A stretch of 64,000 bases of DNA. Source: Longimicrobiales bacterium (GTDB lineage Bacteria > Gemmatimonadota > Gemmatimonadetes > Longimicrobiales > Gaopeijiaceae). The stretch spans positions 3,840,001-3,904,000 of the forward strand of contig OZ220732.1 in NCBI GenBank assembly GCA_965116905.1, written 5' to 3'. Shown piece by piece: positions 1-10,387 of the stretch. The translations under genes were made by a program, and so were the position numbers. Numbering within the stretch: position 1 is the stretch's first letter; each line of letters starts with the position of its first letter. Below the pieces are notes generated by a model. The model was given only the letters and a program-made list of their open reading frames with translations, was not told the DNA's origin and did not search any database.

Positions 1-903
1 CGCGGGTCCCGGATTGCGCTTCTGCAGTCGGTGGCGGGCGGTCAGGCGCAGGCGCAGATCGGCGTCGATCGGCGTCGCGTAGTCGAAGATCGTGGGGCCG
101 TTCACACCGATCCGAGGGTCGGCGACCCGGGGGCGGTATCCGTCGTCGGGGAGACGGATGAACGAGTGGTGCTGCCGCAGGGTGACCGCCTCGGGGTTCA
201 CGGCCACGCCGCGCACCAGTCCCCCCGGGTCGTCGCCGGTGAAGGTGAGCAGCGACTCGACCTCGGTGTTCTCCGGGAACGACCTGGTGGCCGGCATGTG
301 GATCGCCGAACGCGACGCGTCCAGCCGGAACGTGCCCTGGCCGCGCTGTGCGATCTGGCCGATCGCGTTTCGCGCGTCCCGGATGAAGAACGGGGTGGCG
401 TCCACGAGCACGCGGTCGCCCGTCCGCGCGGCGATGTCGAAGCCCCAGTACACCGAAGGCGCAAAGGCGTCGCGCACGGCCTGCACCTCGGTGGCGTTGT
501 CGCTCCGGGCCTGGAACTGGTAGTTGGGCTCCATGAGGAGCACGCGGGGCCCAACGCGCTTCGCCTCGAGGATATGGGTGCCGCGCAGCTGTCCCCGATC
601 GATCCCCACCGGGTTGGAGCCCAGGCCGGAGCCCATCGAGATCTGATACAGGAACTCGCCCCCCGCGAGATCGAGTTCCCAGTAGAGCGCTCCCGCGCCA
701 TCGTCCCAGTACATGTTGAAGAACCCCTCCATCGCCGTCATGCCGGCGGTCCTCTCGGCGATCGTGGGGGGCGTGGGGGGCGCCTGCTGCGCATTGGCCG
801 GGGCCGTGCCGGGCCGCGTGAAGGCCGCTGCCGCGACGAGCAGCGGGAGGACCGGCGCGAGCGCGTTGCGGAGGGATCGTGTTCTGGCTGATGAAGCGGA
901 CAT
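1..903 (-). CDS. Secreted zinc-dependent metalloprotease (DUF5117/DUF4953, EcxA-like), 3' end runs off the window
   Basis: Manual translation from ATG at 903: MSASSARTRSLRNALAPVLPLLVAAAAF..., then GFFNMYWD, GLGSNPVGIDRGQL, SFPENTEVE, HHSFIRLP, PRVADPRIG, typical of this family. Absent from the ORF track because there is no stop inside the window. Confidence 0.75.
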   Translation of the reverse strand, partial: MSASSARTRSLRNALAPVLPLLVAAAAFTRPGTAPANAQQAPPTPPTIAERTAGMTAMEGFFNMYWDDGAGALYWELDLAGGEFLYQISMGSGLGSNPVGIDRGQLRGTHILEAKRVGPRVLLMEPNYQFQARSDNATEVQAVRDAFAPSVYWGFDIAARTGDRVLVDATPFFIRDARNAIGQIAQRGQGTFRLDASRSAIHMPATRSFPENTEVESLLTFTGDDPGGLVRGVAVNPEAVTLRQHHSFIRLPDDGYRPRVADPRIGVNGPTIFDYATPIDADLRLRLTARHRLQKRNPGPA

Positions 904-1085
904 GTGGCTGCCTTACCCGGAGCTTTGCCGGCGAGCGAGTTGCTTGGCCCGTCGTCGTCCTCGGATGGACGAGCGGTCGTGCGTCAGGAGACTGGAAAGC
1001 GCGACCGCCGGACGCAAGGACACCGCGCCCGGTGCCCCCGTGGGCGCCCCCGTGCATCGACCCGTCCCATGGTCACACGGTCAGG

Positions 1086-2717
1086 CTAGCGTGCCTCCGC
1101 CTCCAACTCCGGCGGGACGCGCGCCAGGGTCGCCCGTTCCAGGTCGTACGCGTACGCCAGGAGATCGGCGTCGGTCCACAGGTCCCCTATGAAGGCCGCC
1201 ACGAACGGGGTGCCGTCGTCGTAGTACCCGAAGGGCACGGTGACGGTCGGCAGGCCGATGTCGTTGACGATGTTGCTCGGCAGCTCCGCGTGGTTGTTGG
1301 GCCGGTAGTCCGGGCGCTCCGGGTCCTCCACCAGTGGCCGGATGGGCTCGCCGGCCTGGGGGAAGAACAGCCCGTCGAGCGCGTTCTCGCGCAGCACCGC
1401 CCTGAACAGGGCACGGATCTCCATCCGCCACGCCTGGAACGCGTCGCCCTCCTCGGTGGCGGTGGGCGCGGCGGGTGGACGCGCGCGGCGACCGCGACGG
1501 AACTCGCGTCCAGTGAGCGCCTCCCACTCCTCGACGCTGTGGAAGGCCGCGTCGGCCCCCAGACCCAGGAGGTATACGAGCAGGTCGTGGCTGCCGACCG
1601 AGGGGACCGACGGCCGATCCTCGTACAGCTCGACCCAGCCTCGACCCGCAAAGGGGTCCTCCACGACGCTCGCGCCGCGGCTCTCGAGCACGGCGACGGC
1701 CTCGCGGTACCGGGCCTCTGTTTCGGGAGCCAACGGCAGGTACGACTCCCGCCATCCCGGGCCCACGAGGCCGAAGCGTTTGCCGGCGAGCGCCGTGGCG
1801 CTCAACGCGGCCGCGTAGCCGTCCTCGGGGATGTGTCCCACCGCCGCGTAGGTCGCGCGGTCCTCGGGCGTCGGGCCCGCGATCACGTCCAGCGTGAGGG
1901 CGGCGTCCCGCACCGTCCTGGCGATCGGACCGACGACGTCCCGGTACGTGGCGTCCATCGGCACCGTACCCTCCAGCGGGACCAGGCCGAAGGTGGGCTT
2001 GACGCCGACCAGGGCCTGCGCGGCGGCAGGGTTCTGGATCGAGCCGCCCGTTTCGGTTCCCAGACCCAGCACCGCGAAGCTGGCGTTGACCGCGGTCGCC
2101 GTGCCGCCACTGGACCCCCCGGGTACGCGGTCCACGGCGTATGGGTTGAGCGTCTCGCCCGCGACCGAACTCCGGGTCCGGGTGCCGTGCCCGGCGAAGT
2201 CGGGCATGTTGGTCTTGCCGAGGACGACCGCGCCGGCTTCCCTGAGGCGCTCCACGGCCGCGGCGTCGTCGCCGGGAATCATGTCCACGCCGCCCGTGGC
2301 CGCACTGAAGCCGTCGAAGCCCGCCGTGGTGACCAGTCCCGCGTGGTCCAGATTGTCCTTGATGACGACCGGGACGCCGTGCAGGGGCCCTCGCGGACCC
2401 GTCGTGCGGAGTTCCTCGTCGAGCGTCGCGGCGGTGGCCAGCGCGTCCGGGTTCATCGAGATGAACGCGTTGTAACGGTCCTCGTAGCGGTCGATCCGGG
2501 CCAGGAAGGCCTCCACCAGCTGGACGACCGTGTACCGGCCGGCGCGGAGATCCTCGCCGACCTGTACCGCCGTGAGCTCCACGACGTCGATGCCGGGCCC
2601 GCCGCTCGCGCCGCGGGACGCACCCGGCGCCTGGGCATGGGCATGGGACGGACGGGGCCCCCATTGCGCCGTGGCCACCAGGGCCAGAATCAGGCAGGTC
2701 CGTCGGGTGTGCGTCAT
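1086..2717 (-). CDS. Secreted amidase (amidase-signature family)
   Basis: GPLHGVPVVIKDN, GKTNM, PGGSSGG, GTETGGSIQNPA, GVKPT motifs; signal peptide after ATG 2717 (MTHTRRTCLILAL). Confidence 0.9.
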   Translation of the reverse strand: MTHTRRTCLILALVATAQWGPRPSHAHAQAPGASRGASGGPGIDVVELTAVQVGEDLRAGRYTVVQLVEAFLARIDRYEDRYNAFISMNPDALATAATLDEELRTTGPRGPLHGVPVVIKDNLDHAGLVTTAGFDGFSAATGGVDMIPGDDAAAVERLREAGAVVLGKTNMPDFAGHGTRTRSSVAGETLNPYAVDRVPGGSSGGTATAVNASFAVLGLGTETGGSIQNPAAAQALVGVKPTFGLVPLEGTVPMDATYRDVVGPIARTVRDAALTLDVIAGPTPEDRATYAAVGHIPEDGYAAALSATALAGKRFGLVGPGWRESYLPLAPETEARYREAVAVLESRGASVVEDPFAGRGWVELYEDRPSVPSVGSHDLLVYLLGLGADAAFHSVEEWEALTGREFRRGRRARPPAAPTATEEGDAFQAWRMEIRALFRAVLRENALDGLFFPQAGEPIRPLVEDPERPDYRPNNHAELPSNIVNDIGLPTVTVPFGYYDDGTPFVAAFIGDLWTDADLLAYAYDLERATLARVPPELEAEAR

Positions 2718-2848
2718 TGGACGTCCTCTGCAAACCGGTGGAAGATTCGGCCAGCCCACAAAGATACGCGGTCGCCCTTCGCAACGCGCGCCGTGCGCCG
2801 CGTTGCGACCGTTTCGCCACCGAAGCCATTGCACTACCATCAGGGACC

Positions 2849-3730
2849 ATGGCCCGCTCAACCCAAGCCCTCATCCAACTGCTCGACCTGGAGCGCATCG
2901 AAGACAACATCTACCGGGGTCACAACCGGGACATCGGCTCCGGCCGGATCTTCGGGGGACAGGTGCTGGCCCAGGCGCTGGTGGCTGCGCGGCGCACCAT
3001 CGAGCAGGAAGACCGCGCGGCGCATTCCCTTCACGGCTACTTCATTCTCGAGGGCGATCTGGATATCCCCGTCGTGTACTTCGTGGACTGCCTGAGGGAC
3101 GGCAAGAGCTTCACCACGCGCAACGTCACCGCGATCCAGCACGGCAGGGCCATCTTCACCCTGTCGGCGTCCTTTCACCGCACGGAGACGAGCCTGTCCC
3201 ACCAGGCGGCGATGCCCGATGTACCGCCGCCGGAGGAACTGCGCTCCGAACTGGAGATCGTGCGCGAGGCACCGGAGAGGATCCCGGCGCGCCTGCGGGA
3301 CGTGCTCGTACAGGATCGGCCGCTGGACTTCAGGCCGGTGGACCCGTACCACCCCTTCGACCGGGAAGCACGGGCGCCGGTTCGCCGCACATGGGTCAGG
3401 TCATCCGGCTCGCTGGGCGACGACCCCGCGCACCACCAGGCCGCGCTTGCCTACGCTTCGGACTATGGCATTCTGTCGACAGCCCTCCAGCCTCATGGCC
3501 GAAACGTCCGGGACAGGGATCTGATGGCCGCCTCTCTCGACCACTCGATGTGGTTTCACCGCCCCTTCCGGGCGGACGAATGGCTCCTGTATGTCGTCGA
3601 GAGTCCCGTCGCACATGGAGCCAGGGGATTCGCGACGGGGAGCTTCTTCACACGCGACGGCAAGCTCGTGGCTTCGGCCGCGCAGGAGGGCCTGCTCCGC
3701 GTCATCACCCCAAGGAAGGACCGCCGCTAG
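2849..3730 (+). CDS. tesB: Acyl-CoA thioesterase II
   Basis: IFGGQVLAQAL, HSLHGYF, RDGKSFTTR, AYASD, ASLDHSMWFH, QEGLLR motifs; start taken at MARSTQAL. Confidence 0.92.
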   Translation: MARSTQALIQLLDLERIEDNIYRGHNRDIGSGRIFGGQVLAQALVAARRTIEQEDRAAHSLHGYFILEGDLDIPVVYFVDCLRDGKSFTTRNVTAIQHGRAIFTLSASFHRTETSLSHQAAMPDVPPPEELRSELEIVREAPERIPARLRDVLVQDRPLDFRPVDPYHPFDREARAPVRRTWVRSSGSLGDDPAHHQAALAYASDYGILSTALQPHGRNVRDRDLMAASLDHSMWFHRPFRADEWLLYVVESPVAHGARGFATGSFFTRDGKLVASAAQEGLLRVITPRKDRR

Positions 3731-3765
3731 GCGATCCCAGGCAATTGCCCAACCCGGACCGGCCC

Positions 3766-4305
3766 ATGCGCAACCGATTCGAATCCGCCCTCCCCTTCCC
3801 CGCCTACCTTGAGACCGTCCGCCGGAACGAGGAACTCTGGCACGGACTGTACGACCGGGTCCGGGTTCCCGCGGGCGCCGTCGACGACGCGCGCTCCATT
3901 CCCGGCACCTGGCACCTGCTCGCCCTCAGCGAGGACTGGTGCGGGGACGCGATCAACATCCTGCCGGTGCTGGCCCGCCTGACCGAGGGCGTCGACCACA
4001 TGGACCTGCGGGTCCTGACCCGCGACGACAACCTCGACATCATGGACGCGCACCTGACCAACGGGACGAGCCGGTCCATCCCGGTGGTGATTCTTCTGGA
4101 CGAGGAGTACAGGGAGCGCGGGTGGTGGGGCCCGCGGCCCACCGATTTGCAGAAGTGGGTGATGGAGGAGGGCATGAAGATGGACCCGGGGCCGCGCTAC
4201 GCACGCGTCCGCCGCTACTACGCGCGTGACAAGGGGAAGGCGATACTGAAGGAAGTGCTCGACCTGATCCGCTCCGGAGGCGCGTCCGGAACCGCGGCTC
4301 GCTAA
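3766..4305 (+). CDS. Thioredoxin-like protein (Thioredoxin_9 type, WCGD motif)
   Basis: C-terminal part of ORF 2530..4305 from MRNRFES; EDWCGDA, RSIPV, WGPRP. Confidence 0.85.
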   Translation: MRNRFESALPFPAYLETVRRNEELWHGLYDRVRVPAGAVDDARSIPGTWHLLALSEDWCGDAINILPVLARLTEGVDHMDLRVLTRDDNLDIMDAHLTNGTSRSIPVVILLDEEYRERGWWGPRPTDLQKWVMEEGMKMDPGPRYARVRRYYARDKGKAILKEVLDLIRSGGASGTAAR

Positions 4306-4411
4306 CCTCCGCCGTTCAGATGGCGTCCTCGCCGCAACGCCCGGCCGGATTTTGCGTCGAATCCACGCGCATCTTAATGTCAGTACTGCAAATACCCTCT
4401 CCCGGCCCTCG

Positions 4412-5263
4412 ATGAGACCACTCACCCGCACTCCACTCACAGCGGTCGCCGCAGCGTGCACGGTCCTGGCGATTCCAGGATCCGGTGCATCGCAGGTCCC
4501 CCTCGGGATCCGCACCGCGAGTGGTCTGACGGTCACACCCGTCTACGAGGGCTGGTACGAAAACCCCGACGGGACGCTGAGCCTTTCGTTCGGCTACTAC
4601 AACCGGAACTTCGAAGAGATCGTCGAGCTGCCGCACGGCGCGGCCAACCACCTGGAGCCCGCGGCTTTCGACGGCGCGCAGCCCACCCGCTTCCACCCGC
4701 GGAGGCATTGGGGCGTCTTCACCGTGACGGTCCCGGCGGACTTTGGCGACCAGGCGGTCGTGTGGACCATCGATTTCCGCGGCGAGCGCAACTCGATACC
4801 GGGCCGCCTCCATCTGGACTGGCGGATCGATGCGCTCGATGGCGAGGCCGAGACCGGCAATACGCCGCCCATGCTGGCCTTTTCGGAGGACGGGGCGAGA
4901 GGCGCCGGGCCCGGAGGCCCGTGGGGCAAGCCGGTCGAGGCCGTGGTGGGCGAGTCCGTGCCGCTGACCGTCTGGGCCTGGGACGACGGCCGTTCGCGGG
5001 GCAGTGTGGTCAGGGCGGGACGCACCGGCGTTCCGGTCACGCTGACCTGGTTCAAGCACCACGGGCCGGGTGACGTGACGTTCGACGAGGACACGGCGAG
5101 GGTGCCGGTCGAGGGAGGCATGGCGACGACCAGCGCCACGTTCATGGAACCCGGCGACTATGTGATTCGCGTGAGAGCAAACGACGCATCGGGTGTGTCC
5201 ACTGCGGGCCACTCCCAGTGCTGCTGGACCAACGGATTTGTACGGGTGACCGTGACCCGCTGA
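4412..5263 (+). CDS. Secreted hypothetical protein with C-terminal Ig/PKD-like domain
   Basis: Signal peptide MRPLTRTPLTAVAAACTVLA; PVYEGWYENPDG...FGYYNRN; ends QCCWTNGFVRVTV. Confidence 0.7.
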   Translation: MRPLTRTPLTAVAAACTVLAIPGSGASQVPLGIRTASGLTVTPVYEGWYENPDGTLSLSFGYYNRNFEEIVELPHGAANHLEPAAFDGAQPTRFHPRRHWGVFTVTVPADFGDQAVVWTIDFRGERNSIPGRLHLDWRIDALDGEAETGNTPPMLAFSEDGARGAGPGGPWGKPVEAVVGESVPLTVWAWDDGRSRGSVVRAGRTGVPVTLTWFKHHGPGDVTFDEDTARVPVEGGMATTSATFMEPGDYVIRVRANDASGVSTAGHSQCCWTNGFVRVTVTR

Positions 5264-5277
5264 CCGAAAGAGAAACG

Positions 5278-6666
5278 ATGCACCGACATCACCGCCTGTT
5301 CCGGAATGCCGCGGCAAGTGGCGTGCTGGTGGCCGCCGCCATGTTGATCGCACGCGCGCACGCTGCGGCCCAGGATCATCCCACCTTCGCCCGCGACGTG
5401 GCCCCGATCATTCAGCAGAACTGCCAGGTCTGTCACCAGCCCGGCTCGATCGCGCCGATGTCGCTCACCAGCTATGAGGCGGTCAAGCGGTACGCCCCCC
5501 GAATCCGCGAGAAGGTGGCGGCCCGCATCATGCCCCCGTGGCACATCGACCGTTCCGTGGGAATCCAGGAGTTCAAGAACGACCGGGGCCTGAGCGATGA
5601 GGAACTCGAGACGCTGGTCACCTGGCTCGACGGCGACATGCCCTTCGGCGACGAGGCGGACATGCCTCCCCCGCCGGTGTTCCCGGACGGGAGCGAGTGG
5701 CAGTACGAGGCGCAGTTCGGCCCGCCCGACCTGGTCGTCCGGTCAGACCCGTACACTTTGCCCGCGCAGACCCAGGACAAGTGGTTCCGGCCCGAGACTC
5801 CGACCGGCCTGACCGAGGAGCGCTGGGTCAAGGCGATAGAGATCCGGCCGTCCTGGCCCGACGGACGGCGGATCGTCCATCACACGCTGGCGTACCTGGT
5901 GCAGGACGAGGACCCGGACGCCATGACCGCCGAGACCGCGGCGCTCAGCACGAGCAGCCGGGCGATGGGCGGGCCCGGGCTCTTCATGGAGTGGGCCGTC
6001 GGCAAGGTCGGCGAGATCTTCCCCGACGGTGCCGGGAAGCTCATGCTGCCGGGTTCGAAGATCCGGTGGGAAGTTCACATGCACGCGATCGGCCAGGAGG
6101 TGAAGGACAGTTACGTGGAACTCGGCATCTGGTTCTACCCGAGGGACCAGATCCCCCAGAACCGGACGCGCCTGGCGTTTTTCGACGCGACCGGTGACGA
6201 TCTCGACATCCCGCCGGGCGAGATCGCGGTCACCCAGGACTTCCACGTGCTCAAGTGGCCTTCCCGGCTGGAGAACTACCAGCCCCACATGCACATGCGG
6301 GGCAAGGCCATGGCCATGGAGGCCATCTACCCGGACGGCCGCAGGGAGATCCTGAGCCAGGTCAACAACTTCCAGTGGCAGTGGCACATCAACTACATCT
6401 ACGCCGAGCACGCGGCGCCCCTCCTCCCCGCGGGCACCACGCTGGTCTTCACCGCGTGGCACGACAACACGGCCGAGAACCCCAACAACCCCGATCACAC
6501 CCAGTGGGTCGGCTGGGGCGACCGGACCGTCGACGAGATGGCCCACGCCTGGGTCGACGTGACCTACCTCACCGAAGAGCAGTACGCCGAGGCTGTGGCC
6601 GACCGCGAGGCGGCCAGGGCCGACGACGAAACGAAGGACGGGCCGAAGGACGGGACGCACCGGTAG
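5278..6666 (+). CDS. Copper type II (PHM/DBH-like) monooxygenase with N-terminal c-type heme motif
   Basis: Signal peptide; CQVCH and MPPW; IVHH, VHMH, PHMHMRGK and DEM copper-site motifs. Confidence 0.75.
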   Translation: MHRHHRLFRNAAASGVLVAAAMLIARAHAAAQDHPTFARDVAPIIQQNCQVCHQPGSIAPMSLTSYEAVKRYAPRIREKVAARIMPPWHIDRSVGIQEFKNDRGLSDEELETLVTWLDGDMPFGDEADMPPPPVFPDGSEWQYEAQFGPPDLVVRSDPYTLPAQTQDKWFRPETPTGLTEERWVKAIEIRPSWPDGRRIVHHTLAYLVQDEDPDAMTAETAALSTSSRAMGGPGLFMEWAVGKVGEIFPDGAGKLMLPGSKIRWEVHMHAIGQEVKDSYVELGIWFYPRDQIPQNRTRLAFFDATGDDLDIPPGEIAVTQDFHVLKWPSRLENYQPHMHMRGKAMAMEAIYPDGRREILSQVNNFQWQWHINYIYAEHAAPLLPAGTTLVFTAWHDNTAENPNNPDHTQWVGWGDRTVDEMAHAWVDVTYLTEEQYAEAVADREAARADDETKDGPKDGTHR

Positions 6667-6693
6667 GGTCCTCCCCTCCGCGCATAGATCCCC

Positions 6694-8244
6694 ATGGCGG
6701 TCGAACGACAATCGACCTCGAAGGGCCGCGCGCTCGGCCTCTGGCTCGGCCTTGGCGCCTTCGTCCTTCTCCTCGTGTTCCCCGTGGACGCCACGAACGT
6801 GCCCGCCAGCCGCCTGGCCGCGGTGGCCCTTCTCATGGCGATCTGGTGGGTCACCGACGCGATTCCGCTGTTTGCGACCGCACTGCTGCCCCTGGTCCTG
6901 TATCCGCTGCTCGGCATCATGTCCGGAGGCGACACCGCCCCGATCTACTTCAACAGCACGATCGTGCTCTTCCTGGGCGGCTTCATGATCGCCCTGACGA
7001 TGGAAAAGTGGAACCTGCACCGGCGCATCGCGCTCAACATCATCCACGCGGTCGGGGGCGGACCGGCGCGAATCGTTCTCGGATTCATGGTCGCGGCCGC
7101 GTTCCTGTCGATGTGGATTTCGAACACCGCGACCGCCGTCATGATGGTGCCGATCGGCCTCGCCATCTGCCTGCAGATCGAGAGCGAGGCAGGCCGCGAC
7201 GGCGCGCGCCACCTGTCGGTGGGCCTGATGCTGGGGATCGCGTACGGCTGCACGGTGGGCGGGCTCACGACGCTGGTGGGCACGCCTCCCAACCTGTCCT
7301 TCGTGCGCATCTTCGAGATCCTTTTCCCCGACGCGCCACCGATCGCCTTCGGACAATGGCTCATCATGGCGTTCCCGGTGGGCCTGATCATGCTGATCGT
7401 GTCCTGGTTTCTCATCACGCACGTGCTTCACCGCGTCCCGGAGGGCGTGACCATCGATCACGGGGTGGTGGAGAGGGAGCGTCAGGGCCTGGGGGCCATT
7501 TCGTTTGAGGAGCGCGCGGTGCTGGGGGTCTTCGCGGCCACGGCGCTGCTGTGGGTCTTCCGGGTCGACCTGCAGCTGGGCTTCCTCACGGTTCCGGGCT
7601 GGTCGCGCATCCTTCCCGACCCGGGCATGATCGATGACGGAACCGTTGCGATCACGCTCGCGTCCCTGCTCTTCTTCATCCCCGCGAAGAACCGGAAGAA
7701 GGGCGCGACGCGCGTCATGGGACCCGACGTGATCCCGCGCCTGCCCTGGAACATCGTGCTGCTCTTCGGCGGCGGTTTCGCGCTGGCGGCGGGCTTTCAG
7801 GAGACCGGGCTCGCGCAGCTCATCGGCAGCCAGTTCGAGGTGCTCGGCAGCCTGCCCGTATTCGTGATGATCTTGCTGGTGTGCGCGGCGCTGACCTTCC
7901 TCACGGAGTTCACCAGCAACACGGCCACGACCGAGATGGTCCTGCCGATCCTCGCGTCGGTGGCCGTGGTGACCGGCACCCATCCCCTCGTGCTGATGAT
8001 CCCCGCCACCCTGTCCGCGTCGTGCGCGTTCATGATGCCGGTGGCGACCCCGCCCAACGCGATTGTCTTCGGCAGCGACCGGATCACCGTGGGCGAGATG
8101 GCGCGCGCGGGCATCTTCCTCAACCTGATCGGCGTGCTGGTCATCGCGACCGTCGTCTTTACGGTGGGCCTGCACGTCTTCGACATCGACCCTGCAATGG
8201 TGCCGGAGTGGGCGCGGTCAATGGCGGAGGGGGCGCACGAGTAG
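6694..8244 (+). CDS. SLC13/DASS family Na+:dicarboxylate/sulfate symporter
   Basis: SMWISNTATA, GTPPN, LTEFTSNTAT, AFMMPVATPPNAIV; many TM segments. Confidence 0.92.
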   Translation: MAVERQSTSKGRALGLWLGLGAFVLLLVFPVDATNVPASRLAAVALLMAIWWVTDAIPLFATALLPLVLYPLLGIMSGGDTAPIYFNSTIVLFLGGFMIALTMEKWNLHRRIALNIIHAVGGGPARIVLGFMVAAAFLSMWISNTATAVMMVPIGLAICLQIESEAGRDGARHLSVGLMLGIAYGCTVGGLTTLVGTPPNLSFVRIFEILFPDAPPIAFGQWLIMAFPVGLIMLIVSWFLITHVLHRVPEGVTIDHGVVERERQGLGAISFEERAVLGVFAATALLWVFRVDLQLGFLTVPGWSRILPDPGMIDDGTVAITLASLLFFIPAKNRKKGATRVMGPDVIPRLPWNIVLLFGGGFALAAGFQETGLAQLIGSQFEVLGSLPVFVMILLVCAALTFLTEFTSNTATTEMVLPILASVAVVTGTHPLVLMIPATLSASCAFMMPVATPPNAIVFGSDRITVGEMARAGIFLNLIGVLVIATVVFTVGLHVFDIDPAMVPEWARSMAEGAHE

Positions 8245-8250
8245 GGGAAC

Positions 8251-8300
8251 TTGACAGCGTGCGACTCGCCCCCGCACTTTGTTCGGCAACCGAACAAAGT
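8251..8300 (+). promoter_or_regulatory. Promoter with TTGACA -35 box and palindromic operator ACTTTGTTCGG-CAA-CCGAACAAAGT (putative ROK repressor site)
   Basis: TTGACA at 8251-8256; perfect 11-bp inverted arms at 8276-8300; identical 25-mer at the same spacing at 19827-19876 on the minus strand. Confidence 0.8.
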
Positions 8301-8373
8301 CAGGGAAGTGGTGCTCCGGGACTCAAGGCATCGGGCGGTCCCCGGAGGTATCCGCTCAACGCGGGATGGAAAC

Positions 8374-10326
8374 ATGACAGCGAGCGCCTCAGATCGGCCG
8401 ACAGTCGCGCCCCGGTCAACCTACGGCGGAATGCGCGTCGCCATTCGAGCGGCCGTGCCGGTCATGGTCCTCATCGGCGCCGCCAGCTGTGAACGGGATA
8501 TCGCCACGCTCGATCCTGCTCCGTTTCCCCCGGAAGCGGAGGTCTTCTACGACGGCTTCGGTCCCGGAGTGCAGTTCTCGGCCTTTGGCGGCTCCAAGGT
8601 CGACGCCCTGGCCATTGAGCACGACGAGGTCTACCGCGGGACCGCCGCACTCAAGTTCACGATACCCGCGCCCACGGATCCCTCCGGCGGCTACGCCGGC
8701 GGCGTCTTCTACTCCGAGGTGCCCCGCGACCTCACCGGCTTTGACGCGCTCACCTTCTGGGCCAGGGCAAGCACTGCGGCCACGGTCAACACCATCGGGA
8801 TCGGCAACGACAACACCGGCGGTTCGCGCTATCCCGCCACGATCGAGGGGCTTCCTTTCTCCACGCGCTGGACGAAGTACGTCGTCCCCTTTCCGCTTCC
8901 GTCCAGGTTGGGCCAGGAGACCGGCCTCTTCCTGATCGCGGAGGGTTCCGAGTACCCGGTCGGCTACGACATCTTCTTCGACGACGTGCAGTTCGAGCGG
9001 CTCGGGACGATCATCAACCCGAGGCCCGCCATCGCGACACAGACGGTAAACGGTGAAGTGGGAGGGACGCTGTCGGTCGGCGGCACGCAGGTGACCTTCG
9101 ACGTCGGCGGCAAGGACCAGACGGTTCTTGCGGCTCCGGCCTACTTCACCTTCACCTCTTCCAATTCGGGAGTGGCCTCGGTGACCCCGGACGGCTCGAT
9201 CTCGCTGATTTCGTCGGGCACCGCCACGATCACCGCCACTCTGGGCTCCACCGCCGCCGCGGGTGCGGTCACCGTCAACGTCACGGCGCCCCCCACGGGC
9301 GCGCCTCCCACTCCCGCGCATCCGGCCGGAGACGTGATCTCCCTGTTCAGCGACGCCTACGATGATGTCCCGGTCGACACCTGGTCGGCGGTCTGGGACC
9401 AGGCGGACGTCGAGGACATCCGGGTCGCCGGCAACCCGGTCAAGAAGTACACCAACCTGGCCTACGCCGGCATCGAGTTCACCTCGCAGCCGATCAACGC
9501 AGCGTCCATGACCGAACTCCACGTCGATCTCTGGACCAACGATCCTTCCGCTTTCCGGATCAAGCTGGTCGACTTCGGAAGCAACGGGGTCTTCGGAGGC
9601 GGCGACGACACGGAACACGAGATCACCCTCGATCAGGGCTCGATGCCACCCATCGCCGCCGGAGCCTGGAACACCCTCGACATCCCGCTCTCGGCCTTTA
9701 CGGGTCTCCTGAACCGGGGCAACCTGGCGCAGATGATCATCTCCGGATCCAGCCCGACCGTCTACCTGGACAACATCTACTTCTTCACCACCAAGCCGCC
9801 TCCGCCGAGCGCGCCCAGCGAGGCCGCCCCGACGCCGACGCACGCCGCGACCGACGTTGTGTCGCTCTTCAGCGACGCCTACAAGGACGCGGCCGTCGAT
9901 ACGTGGTCGGCTTCCTGGGACCAGGCCGATGTCGAGGATGTGCAGATCGCGGGCGACGCCGCCAAGAAGTACAGCAACCTGGTCTTCGCCGGCATCGAGT
10001 TCACCTCGGCGACGCTCGACGCCACCGGGATGACGCACTTCCACATGGATCTCTGGACGCCGGATCCAACGGCAGACCCGTCGGCCTTCCGGATCAAGCT
10101 CGTCGACTTCGGTCCCGATGGCGGCTTCGGCGGAGGGGACGACACCGAACACGAATTGACGTTGAATGCAATGTCCGATCCGCCGCTGGCGACGGGAATG
10201 TGGGTGAGCTACGACATTGTCCTGACGGCGTTCACGGGGCTGACGACACGCGGGCACCTTGCCCAGATGATCATCTCCGGTGATCCGAACACGGTGTTTA
10301 TCGACAACGTGTACCTGCACAAGTAA
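8374..10326 (+). CDS. Carbohydrate-binding lipoprotein (CBM-like domain, Ig-like domain, two tandem galactose-binding-fold-like repeats)
   Basis: Lipobox-like IGAASC; FTSSNSGVASV Ig-like motif; two ~165-aa repeats DVISLFSDAY...FRIKLVDFG...DNIY. Start could be 8431. The TTG at 8251 is the -35 box. Confidence 0.75.
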   Translation: MTASASDRPTVAPRSTYGGMRVAIRAAVPVMVLIGAASCERDIATLDPAPFPPEAEVFYDGFGPGVQFSAFGGSKVDALAIEHDEVYRGTAALKFTIPAPTDPSGGYAGGVFYSEVPRDLTGFDALTFWARASTAATVNTIGIGNDNTGGSRYPATIEGLPFSTRWTKYVVPFPLPSRLGQETGLFLIAEGSEYPVGYDIFFDDVQFERLGTIINPRPAIATQTVNGEVGGTLSVGGTQVTFDVGGKDQTVLAAPAYFTFTSSNSGVASVTPDGSISLISSGTATITATLGSTAAAGAVTVNVTAPPTGAPPTPAHPAGDVISLFSDAYDDVPVDTWSAVWDQADVEDIRVAGNPVKKYTNLAYAGIEFTSQPINAASMTELHVDLWTNDPSAFRIKLVDFGSNGVFGGGDDTEHEITLDQGSMPPIAAGAWNTLDIPLSAFTGLLNRGNLAQMIISGSSPTVYLDNIYFFTTKPPPPSAPSEAAPTPTHAATDVVSLFSDAYKDAAVDTWSASWDQADVEDVQIAGDAAKKYSNLVFAGIEFTSATLDATGMTHFHMDLWTPDPTADPSAFRIKLVDFGPDGGFGGGDDTEHELTLNAMSDPPLATGMWVSYDIVLTAFTGLTTRGHLAQMIISGDPNTVFIDNVYLHK

Positions 10327-10387
10327 CCCGCCCGGCCGAACGGCTGCGCGAGGCCGGGGACGAGCTGGCGGCAAGGAGGCCGGCGAC

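Noticed and set aside
8276..8300. Palindrome as a rho-independent terminator of the DASS gene, or as inverted ends of an 11.6-kb transposon
   Set aside because: No U-tract, fixed spacing behind TTGACA at both copies, and no transposase or target duplication; an operator fits better.
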